Positions 24,701-39,240 of a DNA stretch of 64,000 nt are shown one piece after another. Source of the stretch: Dipteris shenzhenensis (taxonomy: Eukaryota); the NCBI GenBank assembly GCA_047967505.1, contig CM106538.1. One strand, 5' to 3'. Position 1 is the stretch's first letter. Each line of letters starts with the position of its first letter. The notes under the pieces are model-generated. The model was not told the DNA's origin. It worked only from the letters and a program-made list of their open reading frames with translations, and searched no databases. The translations under genes were made by a program, and so were the position numbers.

Positions 24701-27700
24701 GAATGAGCATAGAGACTTACATGAAGCCATCGAAGGAGAGCATTTGTATAGCGAGAATGTAACAGAATCTCAAAGAAGATGAAGACAATCCCCTCAGTCT
24801 CCTCATTTGAATAGACCCCAACTAGGTCTATCGTACAATCATGCTTTGTATCTAGCGAATGGCTTTCATCTAGCACTATTTTTTAGACGATGAGAGCTTG
24901 AAACATTGTAGCAGCTCGTTGGTTTGGTATTTTCTAAAAATACAAAGTGTGAAGGGATATCGGGTGAAGCTATAGTAGCTCCTTGGTCTTGTAGTCCCTA
25001 TAAATACTAAACATGAAGGCTTTGGAAATACTAAATGTGAAAATGTTGAATGTAGCAAGTGATCCCTTCAGTTTGTCCTACCCAGTTTTGAAGAGTCTAT
25101 CCTATTTTTATGTCCATTAAACTGGGTGAGCTTCCATGATTCGAGAGAGGTTTAGGGAGGAGGAGCTGCCAATGCTTGGAAACCATCCACAGGTTTGGTT
25201 GACACTCTACAGCTGCATAGCTTTGCCTTCCTAGAATATATATTGGCTCTAAGGAAAATTTGGGATGCAATTGTGCTATCTCCCTAGAAGTTGGAGGCTG
25301 TGAGCCGTGACTCGACCGAGGAAATATGGGAATTAAGATTAGCAAACCTTCAAAGTGCACAGTGAGTCTTTTGTTGGGTAGCAAGCTATAGACTTTGGTA
25401 ATTGTTCTCTCTTTGCCCTTGTCACTAATATGCTGAGCCACCATTTAGGAAGGAGGTGTGTGAAGTTTATGCTACATTGGGTGGCTTAGCATATCGTTTC
25501 GATTTCAACCTTTGAGGGTTTTGTTGATTAACTAACAGCCCGTATACTGTGAGCTGTGTTGAGCTAGAGACAATCTTATAGATTGGCAAGGATAGCTTTG
25601 ATTTTCTAGTAGAAGTAGCTATCTGCATACCTATGAATTGGGTCAAACACACTTTTGCTTTATATTCTCTACTTTACCTTCTTTTGATTGTATGATCATT
25701 TTTATTTATATAAAGTGTGAAGGCCAAAGGATTATACTCACATTTAGTGATGTTGACGTCCTTTGTTGCTACGTATTAGGTACCTACTAATAGATGGAAA
25801 GTTGCCTAGCTCATGAAGATGCTATATATTTACTGTGAATGTTTTTTTGCACTCGATGATGGGTTGGGTATTCTCGTCTCAGAGACCACTTCCTAGTGAG
25901 TAGATCCTTTTAATAACTTGCCACATAGACTTGGAGCAATCCATACATTGTACCAGCATCTAATTTAGATTGTCTGTGAGATTGCACTTGAGAAGGACTT
26001 TGGGATGAGCTCAAATGACAAAGTGACTTACCATATTTCCTAGAAGCAAATGTGAGCTAATTTATGGGCAAAAACTTTTTGGAGATGGAAAATGAAGCCT
26101 CCCATATGGAACCACACTGAATTCGACATACATTGTAGCTGCCTTGGAGCTTGGGAGGGATGATTCACTTGCTAATTTCACCTTTGTACCATATGGAATG
26201 GTGGCCACCTCAAGCTACTGGCACTCTTTGCCCCTTAATTTTTCCATGCATCCTCATCATGAAGACCAAAGGTGGGCTACCACATTTCCAATGATAGACA
26301 AGTCACTAGTTGCCTTACACTATATGTGCTTCAAATTCAAGAGCGATCGATTGTACTAGATGCATATGGGCCAAGGGCTGAGTGCCAATAACTGCTTGGT
26401 TTTGGGTTGGCTCGTACACCCCCCTGAAATGCCTCTGGTTAATATCTTATGCGATCTTCTTGGCTGTCTCCTCCCAATGTGTATTGTCATTTAGCTCTAT
26501 ATGAGATATGTTGCCAAAGGATTTTTGTGGAGATTATCTGTGACTAACACGGCTTTGATCTCATAAAATGAAGGGGATGGAAAGGCCTTTGAATATGTTG
26601 TTTATGAATAGCTACCTATGGATTGGTCTCAATACTTACCATAATCACTTATGTATTGCATGCATCTTTGAAATGTGGCCCTTTTTCTAGCATGCCATCT
26701 TGACTTAATTACTAAGAGACTGAGTGTCAAGTTCATGCCTTATTGTAAGTGTTAAGGGACTGTCTTTCATGTTCAGACTATTAGGATTTGAATGGGCTTT
26801 ACTTTAAATATGACGATGCTCTTCTTCATGGTGATTTAATATTTAGGGGTTCGATTGATTGAGCATTTTCCCAACGGAAATAAGAGGAGAGAGCCTCTTT
26901 TTGCATTAAACCTTTGTCCTCTCCGTACTTGGAGTTGTTGGCTTACAACATGTGTTTTTTTAATTTTAATCATTTTCCAATGAAGCTTGGCTCAGTTACT
27001 TGGACAAAGGTGGGTATAGTGGCTGGTCAGGTCTAGATCCTTGCTGGGAAGCTTGATGGGAGCTGTAACCAGACTGTAGTGTTTACAACATATTTGAGGG
27101 GCTATATTAATTTTTTTAAGCATAATGGCCAGAACCTTATGTTACCTACATGGCTAAACCCCCCAACCTACGAAGAGAGCAAATGGGCAGGTTGTCAAAC
27201 TGTGGTTTAGCTATAGCATGGTCTACTTTTACTATTTTTTTGGAGGAAAGAAGGCTTGTTTGGTGGGGGTATACGAACTAATAAATTTTGGTTGTAAGGG
27301 GTTTCCCCCCTTGATTTAACTTCCTTAAATGATTTGTTTGATCATGTTCTAGGACTTTGGCATATTTGTACTATTTAAGTTATCCAACGTGGTCCTTGGT
27401 TGGACAAAGAGATATATCTTGGTTTTCTTTCTACTTGCAGGTGGACTATTGTTTATTGAGTAGATTTGGAGACCTATCGAAGATTCATGGCTCCAAGTTT
27501 GAGGATGTAGTAGGAAATTGAACCTGTTTTGGGATTATCAATTTTAAAATTATCTCCTTAGCTTTAATTTATTTGTAAAGATACGTGTTTTCAAGTTTCT
27601 CCCTTGAAAGGCATTGTAATTATGAATTATTTAATATAACAAGGGATATGAATTCTCTTCTCCCTCTATAAATTCTCCTCTCATAAGAACTTCTTTGGTA

Positions 27701-28537
27701 AGACAACAAGGTAAGAGCCTGATAAGTACCAGTAAGAACCTAGTAAGTTTGGCAACAAGGTAAGGCCTTGGCATTGTTACCAGAAGTAATGGAAACTTTA
27801 CTCTTGGTTATTTTTAGGAAGATCCTTTGAAAATATATGGCAAGATCCTTTAAGTTAATAGGCAAGCATGGTTTCATTAGTGCCTTTGGAAGCTATAATT
27901 GCCTAAGCTTTCTTAAAATTGACTAGGCTTGAGAGAAAGGCCTTCGAATCTTTAATATATTCTTTTACACTTCCTCTATACTTTTCTCTTTATTGAATTG
28001 GGGTGTCCACATTTATTCGAAATTGATAATTCCAAGATTTGAATATTGCTAGTATAAGTAGAGTGACATAGATAACAACAGTGTGCTAGCATTGAAGCCT
28101 GGCTTCCACATGTATGAAAAGTACTAACTTTTGTCTTGTTGTGATGGTGCCAGGTGAGTTGACACACTTCTCGAACAGATTTATGATATCATATATTTGG
28201 CACAAATTACATGGACTTATGGAATTGACTAAACTCGATTATGAACCTTTCGTAATGTTTGTATTGGCATTTGCATTGTTTAGTTTTTAGCATGATATGA
28301 GGGATTAAAGAAATGGTTTTGAAAACTTCGAGGATTACTTTGTAACAGATTATCTCAATTGTGGTATATTGGGAATTAGCCATTTCTTGGAGAGTTGCCT
28401 TGCTATTTTTTACAATGTACTAATTTGAGTGTGATTGATTAGTTCACTCCCACTTACATCTTTTGCTCTACCCTCGCTCTACCACAATAAAATGTCACCC
28501 CTAGGATTCAAAAGGTAAGGGCAAGAAGCGGGTTTTT

Positions 28538-29089
<552 letters not shown>

Positions 29090-30582
29090 CTCACACACAC
29101 TCGCATTCAAATGATATACTTATCCAAAAATATGATAACCTTGCTAGTCATGGTGTAATAAATTGTGTTGCCATAGTACTAATAAGTACATTGATCCCAT
29201 ATTAAGGAGGTACGTGTGCTACTTAGTGAAATTCGTACCACCAACATGCTAAGGTGAGAAGTCAAAAAGGATAAAACAAGTATCATGGCCCATGAGATGA
29301 CATGGTAAGAAACTTGGCTTGCTTAAGTAATGGCAATGGGTACAATCATAATATCCTTGTATGTAAAAAAACTTTAATCAAAGGCCAATGTACCTTGACA
29401 AAGCCAACTTGACTCACAAGGTAACTCCAATGATAATATTGGATTGCCATGAGACTAATTTTACCCCTGTGGCACACACTTATCTATACCATTGGCCTGA
29501 TAAACTAGGTAGGCAAGAGTTTTGATAGTGGCTTTTTACATGGTGGTGCTTAGCCTTAACAAAGGTTTCAAAAAAAGGGGGGTCCTTTGATATTACTATG
29601 GCTTTATGCCACGTAGGAAGTTGAACAATAGTAGATTTTATTCAAATTTGACTTAGTCAATTCATCGACTAGTCACGCAAATTGCCAAGATGGTCGAATC
29701 GTTTCGATCTCATGTACCGACCAAGTTGGCCAGGCCTTGATGAAACTATAAATAAGTCACCTATCGATAGTTCCTCCATCTAACATGATATCTTGAGCCA
29801 CAGTCAGAATCGCAAAGTGAGCTACAATGAGACATATACCTGAGGATCGTTTGCATTGTCTTGATGCTAGTCTAAACTCCGTAACACCCACAGATTATCT
29901 AGCACAATGCAGCTATGAACTGAGTGTAGTGATGGGCAACACATTTTTCTATAATGATCCTCTACTACCCCTCTTAGGATCATTTGCATGTCTCCCCTCC
30001 ACACTCACTTCCCTCGAATTGTATAAGTTTCTAGTTCAACCCCCAATTTTCCCTATATTATGCTCACTACTTTAACAAATATCTCCTTCGGTTTTTCAAA
30101 AAAATCTCCTAAAAATTCCCCTAATCTCTTTCACATCTACCTCCCTTAATCCCAAATTTCTATATATATATATATAAAGATTTTTCCAACAAAAAAATCT
30201 CTCTTTTTTTTATTTGTAGTTTTAAAATTCTCCTCCAAAATATTTTTTTGTGACTAATCTCCTAACTTGGGTTTTTTCGTTACTTATATTTTTAGTCTAA
30301 GCCTTTACACTATAGAGATAAAGAATGTTTTTTCTAAGACTAAATTAAACCAACTAAACCCAGTGCCCTAATCTACGTGATAGTCTAAACTCCCCTCTCC
30401 TCCGAACTCCTAGCCTATTTAAATGTCCTAAGCTGTGCCTAGTCTCACTACGCCTTGCTAGCTTCTAACTATGGATTGTGCTCACAGCCTCCCTACCTGC
30501 CTATTCGCTAATAGCTACCTCCTGCAGACTGTGCAAGCCCTCCCATGCAGGCCCTCCCATGCGGATCTCTCCTACTCTAGAG

Positions 30583-30800
30583 CAATGTTCACCGAAAACT
30601 TGCAAACCATATACAATGAACTTGCAACATCTTAGTCTCCACCTGTAAAAAATGTTTTCTCAATTTTATAAAATTTGCAAAATTTTAGGCAATTTAGTTA
30701 TATTTTAGCTTGAAAATCTGCAAATTCTCAAGGAAAACCTTCAAAATTTGAAACCCCAAGTTTTGTGATTTGTTGAGAAAAATGTTTTCTATGAACAGTG
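30583..30800. mobile_element. hAT-family MITE (218 bp)
   Basis: TIRs caatgttcaccgaaaac / gttttctatgaacagtg, with a perfect 8-bp TSD ctctagag at 30575-30582 and 30801-30808. Confidence 0.88.
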
Positions 30801-33063
30801 CTCTAGAGTCTTGTTCTCGGTCTAGTACGGCCAAGGCCGTCCGATCCGGTTCTCTCTTACTCTAGAGTCTAGAGTCTTGTGCTCCCTGGCCCCTGCTTTC
30901 TAGCACTGCAAAGTGCAGACCAACGACACTCATGCCCCGCCTTGACTGCTGCATAGCCCTGCCCCTGACTACTGCCGCTATTGCATTGTTATTGCTGCAT
31001 TACACCTCGGCTCTCGGGCTGCCTGGATATCGGGTTCCACATTTTGCACGGAAGAGTGATCTTGAGCGACGCCTTCATAATCTGCACAATCCATGAGCTC
31101 TGCCACATTGTGACTGAATACAAACAAGGATGGACTCTAAGGTACCTACATTTAGCACACCCTTCTTTTCACCCCCCCGTTATCTTTTTCGCTTAATCTA
31201 TGTTCTAAGGGTCTTGCCCATCGACTTTCTGCAGGGTGTAGTAAGTGACTTGCTAATCATTTCAGGTGCGTGCGTATATGCATCTGTACTGATATGAGTT
31301 TTATTATATATATATATATATATATAAGGTTAAACTTAGATATATAGGTTTATATCACTTGAAAAAATTCTTTTTTCACAATTTCATAGGTATAATTTGC
31401 CCATTAGTACTTCTTTCTCAAATTAATGTACATATAACCCCTTCAATGGAACCCTTGTAACCCCCCTATTTTTAACTGATCCAATCATTTGCCTTGTCTA
31501 ACTTAGTCATGTTACTATACTTCCCATATTAATATATTTCCTTATGAGGGTACACCTTTTTAATTACTTTGTCCGTTATATTAATCCATTTACTTTTACT
31601 AATTGACTTTTTAATTAGTTGTATTGACCCATTTTTTCATTCAATTTTCTTTAATGCTTGCTTTCTTATTGTCCCGTTTTTAATCGCTTAAATCTCCCTC
31701 GTTTCATAGATTTTTTCTTTTGTGTTTTCCATTAATTTCTTTCCTAGTTCCAATATGGTTTTCTATTGGCACACACACACACACACTCACAAACACATCT
31801 AATAGATAGTATAAACGCTTTTTTTTAGCTCACACACACATATACACACACACACTTAATCATATATTTATGTAGTCTTTCAACTAAATTTAGTCAACTT
31901 AAAATTCTCAATTAAGTTGACTTTACTCTCTGATGAGGACTACTCCTTTGATAAATCCATCCAATTTATGTATCACTCTTGTAATCTATTTGTAGTTCTA
32001 GTCTCTCTAGTATGACTGATAACAAGCCAGGAAATACAGGCATTACATGTCTTCCCACATGATGCCAATTTTATTTTAACAAGTGATTTTCTGTGGATGG
32101 TGATAGGTAAGTGGACCTCGACCTCGGAACCTAGACTATTGGATGGATTCGACACTTTTTTACCAGTTGTACTCATATATCCATATGACAATATGAAAAA
32201 AGTTTTTTCCACCTTTATCTGAGCATCGTGTGTCGTGTTGTTAATAGGTTTCTTTTTTTTTAACACACACACACTTAAATCTTGTTAACCTTTAGCCAAG
32301 TTAACCATGGGCCATGATGGTAACCGCTACCATATTTCCCATGCCACGTGCCACGTTGCTCACTAAATACATATCGAGTTAAGCAAGAACACTAGTCTTT
32401 ACATAACTCAAAACTCTTTAACGTTTCCAAGTTGATAAATATTCTCTCACTTTGCTAAAATGTATACAAGAAGGCTGAAATGATTTCCTATTGAAGATTG
32501 GGTTCAAGGATCACATTTGTTCCTCTGCGGCCCAAGGCATCCAAACTATACTTGCATGCTTTCCAAACAATGGATTTCATCAGAAATTGATCAAGTTCAA
32601 GGAAGAGGCAAAAGGAAAGGACACCTTCAACTATCAGGATTGCCTCCATTAATGACTGGTTGCAATTACTCTTAATATTTTGAAAGGATCCCCACACCAC
32701 CAATGCAGCCTTTGAGTCTTTTCTCCGACATCTCATTGATGTCAACCCTTCTAATGAGCAAGATTTAGAGTTTTACCACAAGGTTGTCCTGGCCATTGTG
32801 AATAAACTCCTACTAGTAAATAACTTACCCTTGATTCCATTGCCTACCCTGCATTCCTCTCTAAACCCTACAGTAGATGTTGATGGATTGGATCTCGCTG
32901 AGAAAGAAGCCTTGGCAAGCCTAACCCAAGACTCTGCCTCCTCTGAAAATTCTTGTGCACACACACACACACACACACAATTCTCGTGTCTCACATTTGC
33001 ATGCACTCTTGTTGTCTACACTAATTGCCCTAGTATTTCCTCCCTTTTCATTTAGACTAATTT

Positions 33064-33101
<38 letters not shown>

Positions 33102-33818
33102 CACATACACACAAGTTTCTTAGTACTAATTTTCTTATTAAAAAACCCTTTCCCCTCCTTTTTTTGTCACTTTCTTATCTTTGCAAACCCTGTAACTTTG
33201 TTCCTCCCCCCTTTTGTAAGCTCTACTCTAACCAATCCCTAGTGTAAAAATTTTCCCCTCCTTGTTACTTTTATTACTATTTATCCCCTAGTTAATTAGC
33301 CCCTCCAACCCCCTTTTAATTTTTTCTATTTTTTAAACCAAATCCCCTCGTTTTAATTTTTGAATTTTAACTAAACTTTTTTCTTGCTCCCTTTGCTAAA
33401 AAATTTCTAGTCCCTCCCCTCTTATGGTATTTTAACACTTTAAATTAGTACTGAATTTACTATTAAATTTATTTAGTTTTGTATATATGAATTGTCCTTA
33501 ATGGCTTACTTTAATAGGATCTTTAATTTTTTAAAGTCCCTCTCTATATACTCTTTATAACCATTTTTGACAATTTGGTTTAAAGGTAATTAGTGTTTTA
33601 ATGTATGAGTATACTTAAAACCATCACCCCTTCTACACTTTAATTAATCAAGAGAAATTATTCTAGCCTAATTTTTCAATGATAATTGTATTCTAGTGGT
33701 TATATAAACCCCTAAGCCCTACTCATTTACACCTATTTAATGGTCTCGCTTTCTTTAGGAATTTTCTTCCTTTTTTTAAAGTAATTTTGCCTTTCGTTTT
33801 CCCTAATTTTTAATAGTC

Positions 33819-34031
<213 letters not shown>

Positions 34032-36399
34032 TTTAATTCACTTTTAGACTCATTTATACACGCACATACACATACCCCCTAACCCCTCTCCATACACTCA
34101 TACAATTTAGTTTTTTCTATGCTTTTTCATTATTAATTTCTATTAAGCAGTATTCAGATCTTTGACCCCCTCATCATTAGCTTACACATTTCCCCCATCT
34201 TTTTAATATTTCTGTTCTCCACTCTTTTAAATATATAATGTTTCACTTATGAACTTGGGTGCACCTATGAACCTTTTTTTATATATACCTTGTATAATTA
34301 TTTGGGTTAAATGGATAATTTGTCCATGTGCCCCCATAAATACTGCTACAACTTTCCCTTGGACCTCTACTTATTTCTAATTAGATGTTAACACCCTTAG
34401 CTTGACCTAAGACTTTCTAAACACCCTAAACCACCTTCTACCTCCTAAACTACCATTGTGTTTCCTCATTGCCCTCGACCTTGCATGTTGTGAGGGTGGC
34501 ATGCCTTCTTGTAATGCTTCTAGGTTGCTCATTATAAACATACTCAACCCCCTAATGCTTCCTCATACTCCCACCTCTTACACTCCGTATTATCCTACCC
34601 CATTCTTACTTCTAAGGTGTCCAACGGGCTCACTATGGTTCCTTCAATTACACAGGTAAACCTTGCTCCATGCTCATACCCCCATATCACTTGGACTTCA
34701 TCTTTTTGTATGTTCATGTCAACACTTATAGTTGCCTTGGTTCATGATTCTCCTTTAGCCCTCAGCGACTCCTTGTTCTTGGCTCTTCTTCTTGTGCTTC
34801 TTCTTGGCTTCCTTCTAGTATGCCTCACCTTCATGACTCCTTGTCATTTGCCTTACTTGCTCATGGCTCTACCATCGCAGCTCTGCTAGTTGGCTCTACC
34901 TTCACGAATCTAGTGTTATGCACCTTACCACTGATTTACGGTTTACTACGGACCTTCGTATTTATTCTTCTTTGCTTGGTTCATTTGTCATCCTTTGTTG
35001 TTGTTGTCGCTTTGAGATTTGATAGTTTGGTCTCACCTCTCTCGTTATCTAAATCATAGGATGATAATTAATCATAGGTTGGCCTTGCATGCTAGGTCAC
35101 CATTTATACTCACCCACATTCACCTTGTACTCAACTCGTGTTCTCTTTAATCACTCAATCCAACTTGTATCTCTTGCACTCAACTCTTGCATGGTGCTAG
35201 TCTGTGCTCCATTTCCTCTTCTTGCCTCCTTATCAGTAGTTGCAAGTCATGGCGTCTAGATGCCACCAAACTTTGAGTTCACGGTCGCTTGTCATTGCCT
35301 CATAGTTGCAAGTCATGGCCTTTCAACTCCCCCTTACAATGTTACTGCAAGTCTTGCATTTTGTTCCTACACCATTTAGCTCTTGGAGCCATGCTTCTCC
35401 CAATGGCGAGTGCGCTTGTGAACACACGTTCTTGTATTCGCCCAACGATTGGCGTCGGGGTGCACTTTCGTGTTTTCATGGGGGTTGTGCCTGCTATGGC
35501 TAGCTCTTCCTGAGTGGCCTATTTGGTGGAGGTTTCTTCATGTTGTAAGTCCTCCGAGGGTATTTTGTTCGGCATTCGAATTGTGGCCGAAGGAGTGCTC
35601 TAAGAATTTGAGGGGCCAGTGGCCTCTAGAATAAGGCAAGGGTGGTGAGTCTCGAATTTGAAAAAGTCATGTTCGGACTGCAAACAGAAGTGGAAGTTGC
35701 ATGATGAGGGAATCGGTGGATGAGGAAGAACGGGAGGACATCAATTTATTGGTGGGGATGGAGAAGAAGTGGGCAGGCAACTGTCAGATTTATGGATAAA
35801 TTTTGATAGAGTTTGGCTACAACAGCTATGGCGACGACCCGAGGGGGTAGACCTGCTTTCATAGATTTCTATCCCCCCGACTGGTGGGATACTGGTATGG
35901 CGATGGTTGGTGCTGAATTTGATGGTGACAGTCGGTGCCAAATTTATGGCGATGGTCGGTGTGAAGTCTGATAGCCTGCAGCTGGTGCGGTACCCAAATG
36001 GCGACAGGGCGATGCTATGTTGGATGGCAATGACCTGGCGGGGATCATGATCGCGACGGTCAACAGTGAACAATTCGATGACGGTCGATGGTGATTGTTT
36101 TAGCGACAGTCAGTGGTGAACGCTTCAGCAATGGTCAGTGGTGAACACTTTAGTGATGGTCGGTGGGGTAGTGTGACTATGTAGAAATAAAAAAGGAGAA
36201 GGAAGGGGGAGTGAGGTTGGGGAAATGTGGGCAGAGCGGAGTGCACTTGTGTTGTGCAATGTGACAATGAGGTCAGCGTGCGAGAACATGAGCACTTATA
36301 AAAAATGCAAGAGCGAACTCGAGTCACTAGTGCTAATCATGTGTCCACGTGCAGTGTGTTCGGCAAAGACTAGTGTGTGCTGCTGGTGTGTCAGGTGAG

Positions 36400-38524
36400 A
36401 TGCTTACCATACTGACTCACCTAGACCTAGATGTGATGATTATGATGAATGCGGTGGAGGCGGATGCCATACTGTAGCATAGCGAGTAAGGAGCCATGTA
36501 GAGTACGTGTCCAGCTTGTTCTTTACCTTAGAGGCCAAAGGCACCTTTGTGTTGGACTTTATTACTGTTGCGGGCTCCAACGTCAAGTGTTTGGCCCTAA
36601 GGCGAGGTTCTTGTGTAACTCCCTATGGGATGGAACTCGGTTCCTGTGGGGTCCCTTGACTGGTGGTGGTGATGCTTGTGTTGAGTTGGACTGCCCAGGC
36701 ACCATTGCATATGTGGTACCTTGAGCATGGCCTATTGTGTCCGAATCGTTGGTAGGTTCTTGAGGTGCTATATCCTGTGATAGGTTCTTGTGGACACAGG
36801 TTCTTGTGGTGCTGCCTTCATCACCTTTGGGGTCTACAATGCCTTCTTCTAGATCTAGGCGACTTTGTTGCCTTGGCTGCCTGAGCTATTGGTGATGCGT
36901 GGCAGTGGATGAGGCATGAGCATTGGACGCGACTTCCTCCGGATAATGCCTGTACATGGGGGAAGCGATCTCAAGGTGGCTGGAGTTGCTGCTATTGCGT
37001 TACCATTCTTCGGGCATCGGTTCCAATCGAAGTGACGTTGTGCGGTGAGGATAGCATCTTGTACTTGCAACTCCCAAATTTCCTAAGCAGAGGATGGTGG
37101 CATGGGCAATTGCATTGGTTTACCACTGTGGTGAGCTTTGTGTTCCTTTTGAGCTGGGCCCTGGGGCGGTGTGTTGGTGGAAGTTGGGTTGTCCGATCAT
37201 CTTTGTTGCATCACTTCATTGTCGTGAATCAGCAAGGCCGGTCTCTTGGGAAGAGAGAAAGATGCATGGGAAAGTCTGTGTATGGACTGGGGGGGGGTTA
37301 ATTCTCCTCCGAAAGGGGGCAAAGGGTAAGGTGTCCATCCTTGCCCCCCACGATGGTCCTAGCTATTCCTTCACTATCACTAGTGACGGGAATGAGCAAT
37401 GGACGAATGAAAATGTTTGGGAGATGATTCGAGATCAGTCCCAGGAGCAGGTGCAGGACTGGCAGAGCAGCGGAGCTTCTTCAGTAGCAGTGGAAGGAGG
37501 GTGACATTTGTCTGAGATGCACCACAGCGCCAAACGATTCCGCCTTTTGGTCATTATTCGACTGCCTCTAGAGTGGATCTACACGGAAGGGCTCCACCTA
37601 TGGAGGACCTCAGAGGGAGCGGGCTTCTATAGTATTTCCCTGGCGGAGGCGTTGAGTTGGTTAGAGAGAGCTTACCACCATGGGACGAAGGGCCTCTCCC
37701 CTCTATTGAAGGTTTTAGAGGATGGGTTCAATGATCCGGCCTCTCCTTCGAAACCCTCATAGAAGCACCTTCGTCTGCACACTGGACATCCTCCGACCAC
37801 CTCGACATCGACCGCAAGCAGACAACTGTTTGTGGCCCATCTCCCCTCTTCATGAGTATACGCATTATCTCTTGGAATGTCAACAGGTTCCACTCATCAA
37901 GAACCCGCGGCCCCAGGAAGATGGTGCTCAGACAGGAGCTCCAGCCAGCCTTGGTGGGAAGGGTAGATGTGCTCCTATTGCAGGAACACAAGCTTTCGGC
38001 TTCTCAGACTAGTAAGTGTGGGAAGGTCCTCACAGGACGCTCCCACACCTACTGGGAACCTTCGATTGGCGAGCAGGGGAGGAGCGGGGGTGTCTGTACC
38101 TCCATCGACGCTTCTCTAGTTCAGCATGTGTGTGGTTTTGGCACCTTGATCCCAGGACGAGTGCTTTGGGTGGGCTTGAATATTGAGGGATCCCGCATCG
38201 GTATCCTCAATATCTATGCCCCGACCGACCTCAGATGGAGAGCCGCTTTCTGGAGCTCTTTGTCAGACTTATTGCCAGAGATGGATTCTTGGATTGTAGG
38301 AGGGGACTTCAATATACTTGAGACCTTAGAGGATCAGTAGGGACGGGGCCTAGAGTTCCTCGGTATAGCTCAGGCAGAGCAGGCAAATTGGGACTCCTTG
38401 TTCGCTGTGGGAGGTTGAGACAGCTAGAGGGAGCCTTCCTTTTCGCAGATGGACAGGGAGTCTGGACTTCTCTTGGGGTTACAGGAGGGAGGGAGGCAGA
38501 CTCCTGGAGCGGTTGGATCGTTTC
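36400..38524 (+). mobile_element. Older L1-clade LINE copy: decayed ORF1 plus endonuclease, cut at its 3' side
   Basis: ORF2 start MSIRIISWNVN...LLLQEHKL...IYAPT...GGDFN (37852..38340) and the ORF1 C-terminus align with the copy at 59-64 kb. Homology stops at LLERLDRF (~38524). Left boundary approximate. Confidence 0.9.
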
Positions 38525-39240
38525 CTCTAGGGTTTAGAAGGAGTCCAAGGTTAGAAGGAGGATCCAAGGTTGAGAAGGAGGTTCCAGGGTTAGAAGGATG
38601 TTCAAGGGTTAGAAGGAGGTTCCAAGGTTAAGGAGTTCCAGGGTTTAGAAGGAGGTTCTAGGGTTCAAGGTAGAGTACATGGTGGAGAACTCGTCTCCCT
38701 TGTAGATCATGGAGTTTTAAGGGTTGAGAAACAAAGGGCTTAGGCGGAGCATAGGAGTGGGAGAGAAAAAAGGTGTAAGAGCATGGGGGAAAGAAGAGAG
38801 AGGAAGGAGGAGGAGGAGGGAGGAGGAGGAGAGAGGAGGAGGAGGAGGAGGAGGAGGAGGAGGAGGAGGGAGGAGGAGAGGGAGAGGGTGGGTTGAACGG
38901 TTGGAGGAGAGGGGAGGAGGACTTGCAAGGTTAGGACATGCTTTTGGACGTGGAGTGCAAGGAAGCATGGACACTTGAGAAAAATGCTTGGAATACCAAA
39001 GTAGACTCAACACAATGCCCCAAAGAGTGTGGGCTTCATTTCATTATGGGGTATTTATACAAGTTGGAGAGCTTCTCTCTTTGCACAAAGTTGTATCACA
39101 AAGTTGTAACACATTCTCTTTCTACATGTAGAAGTTGTAACACAAAGTTGTAACACAAAGTTGTGTCACAAATTTGTAACACAAAGTTGTAACACATTCT
39201 CTTTCTACACGTAGAAGTTGTAACACAAAGTTGTAACACA
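38525..39240 (-). mobile_element. Partial LTR-like segment with internal tandem repeats
   Basis: Minus strand starts TGTGTTAC and has a gtataaata TATA-like box. Contains 13-bp acaaagttgtaac repeats (39.08-39.24 kb), ~19-bp agaaggaggttccagggtt repeats and (GGA)n. No partner LTR. Confidence 0.5.

Noticed and set aside
39070-39240. Short repeats with spacers, superficially CRISPR-like
   Set aside because: 13-bp units with repeated rather than unique spacers, eukaryotic LTR context, no cas genes.
38525-39240. Treating this as the 3' LTR of gypsy element A
   Set aside because: No visible similarity to 49297-50458 and no adjacent PPT.
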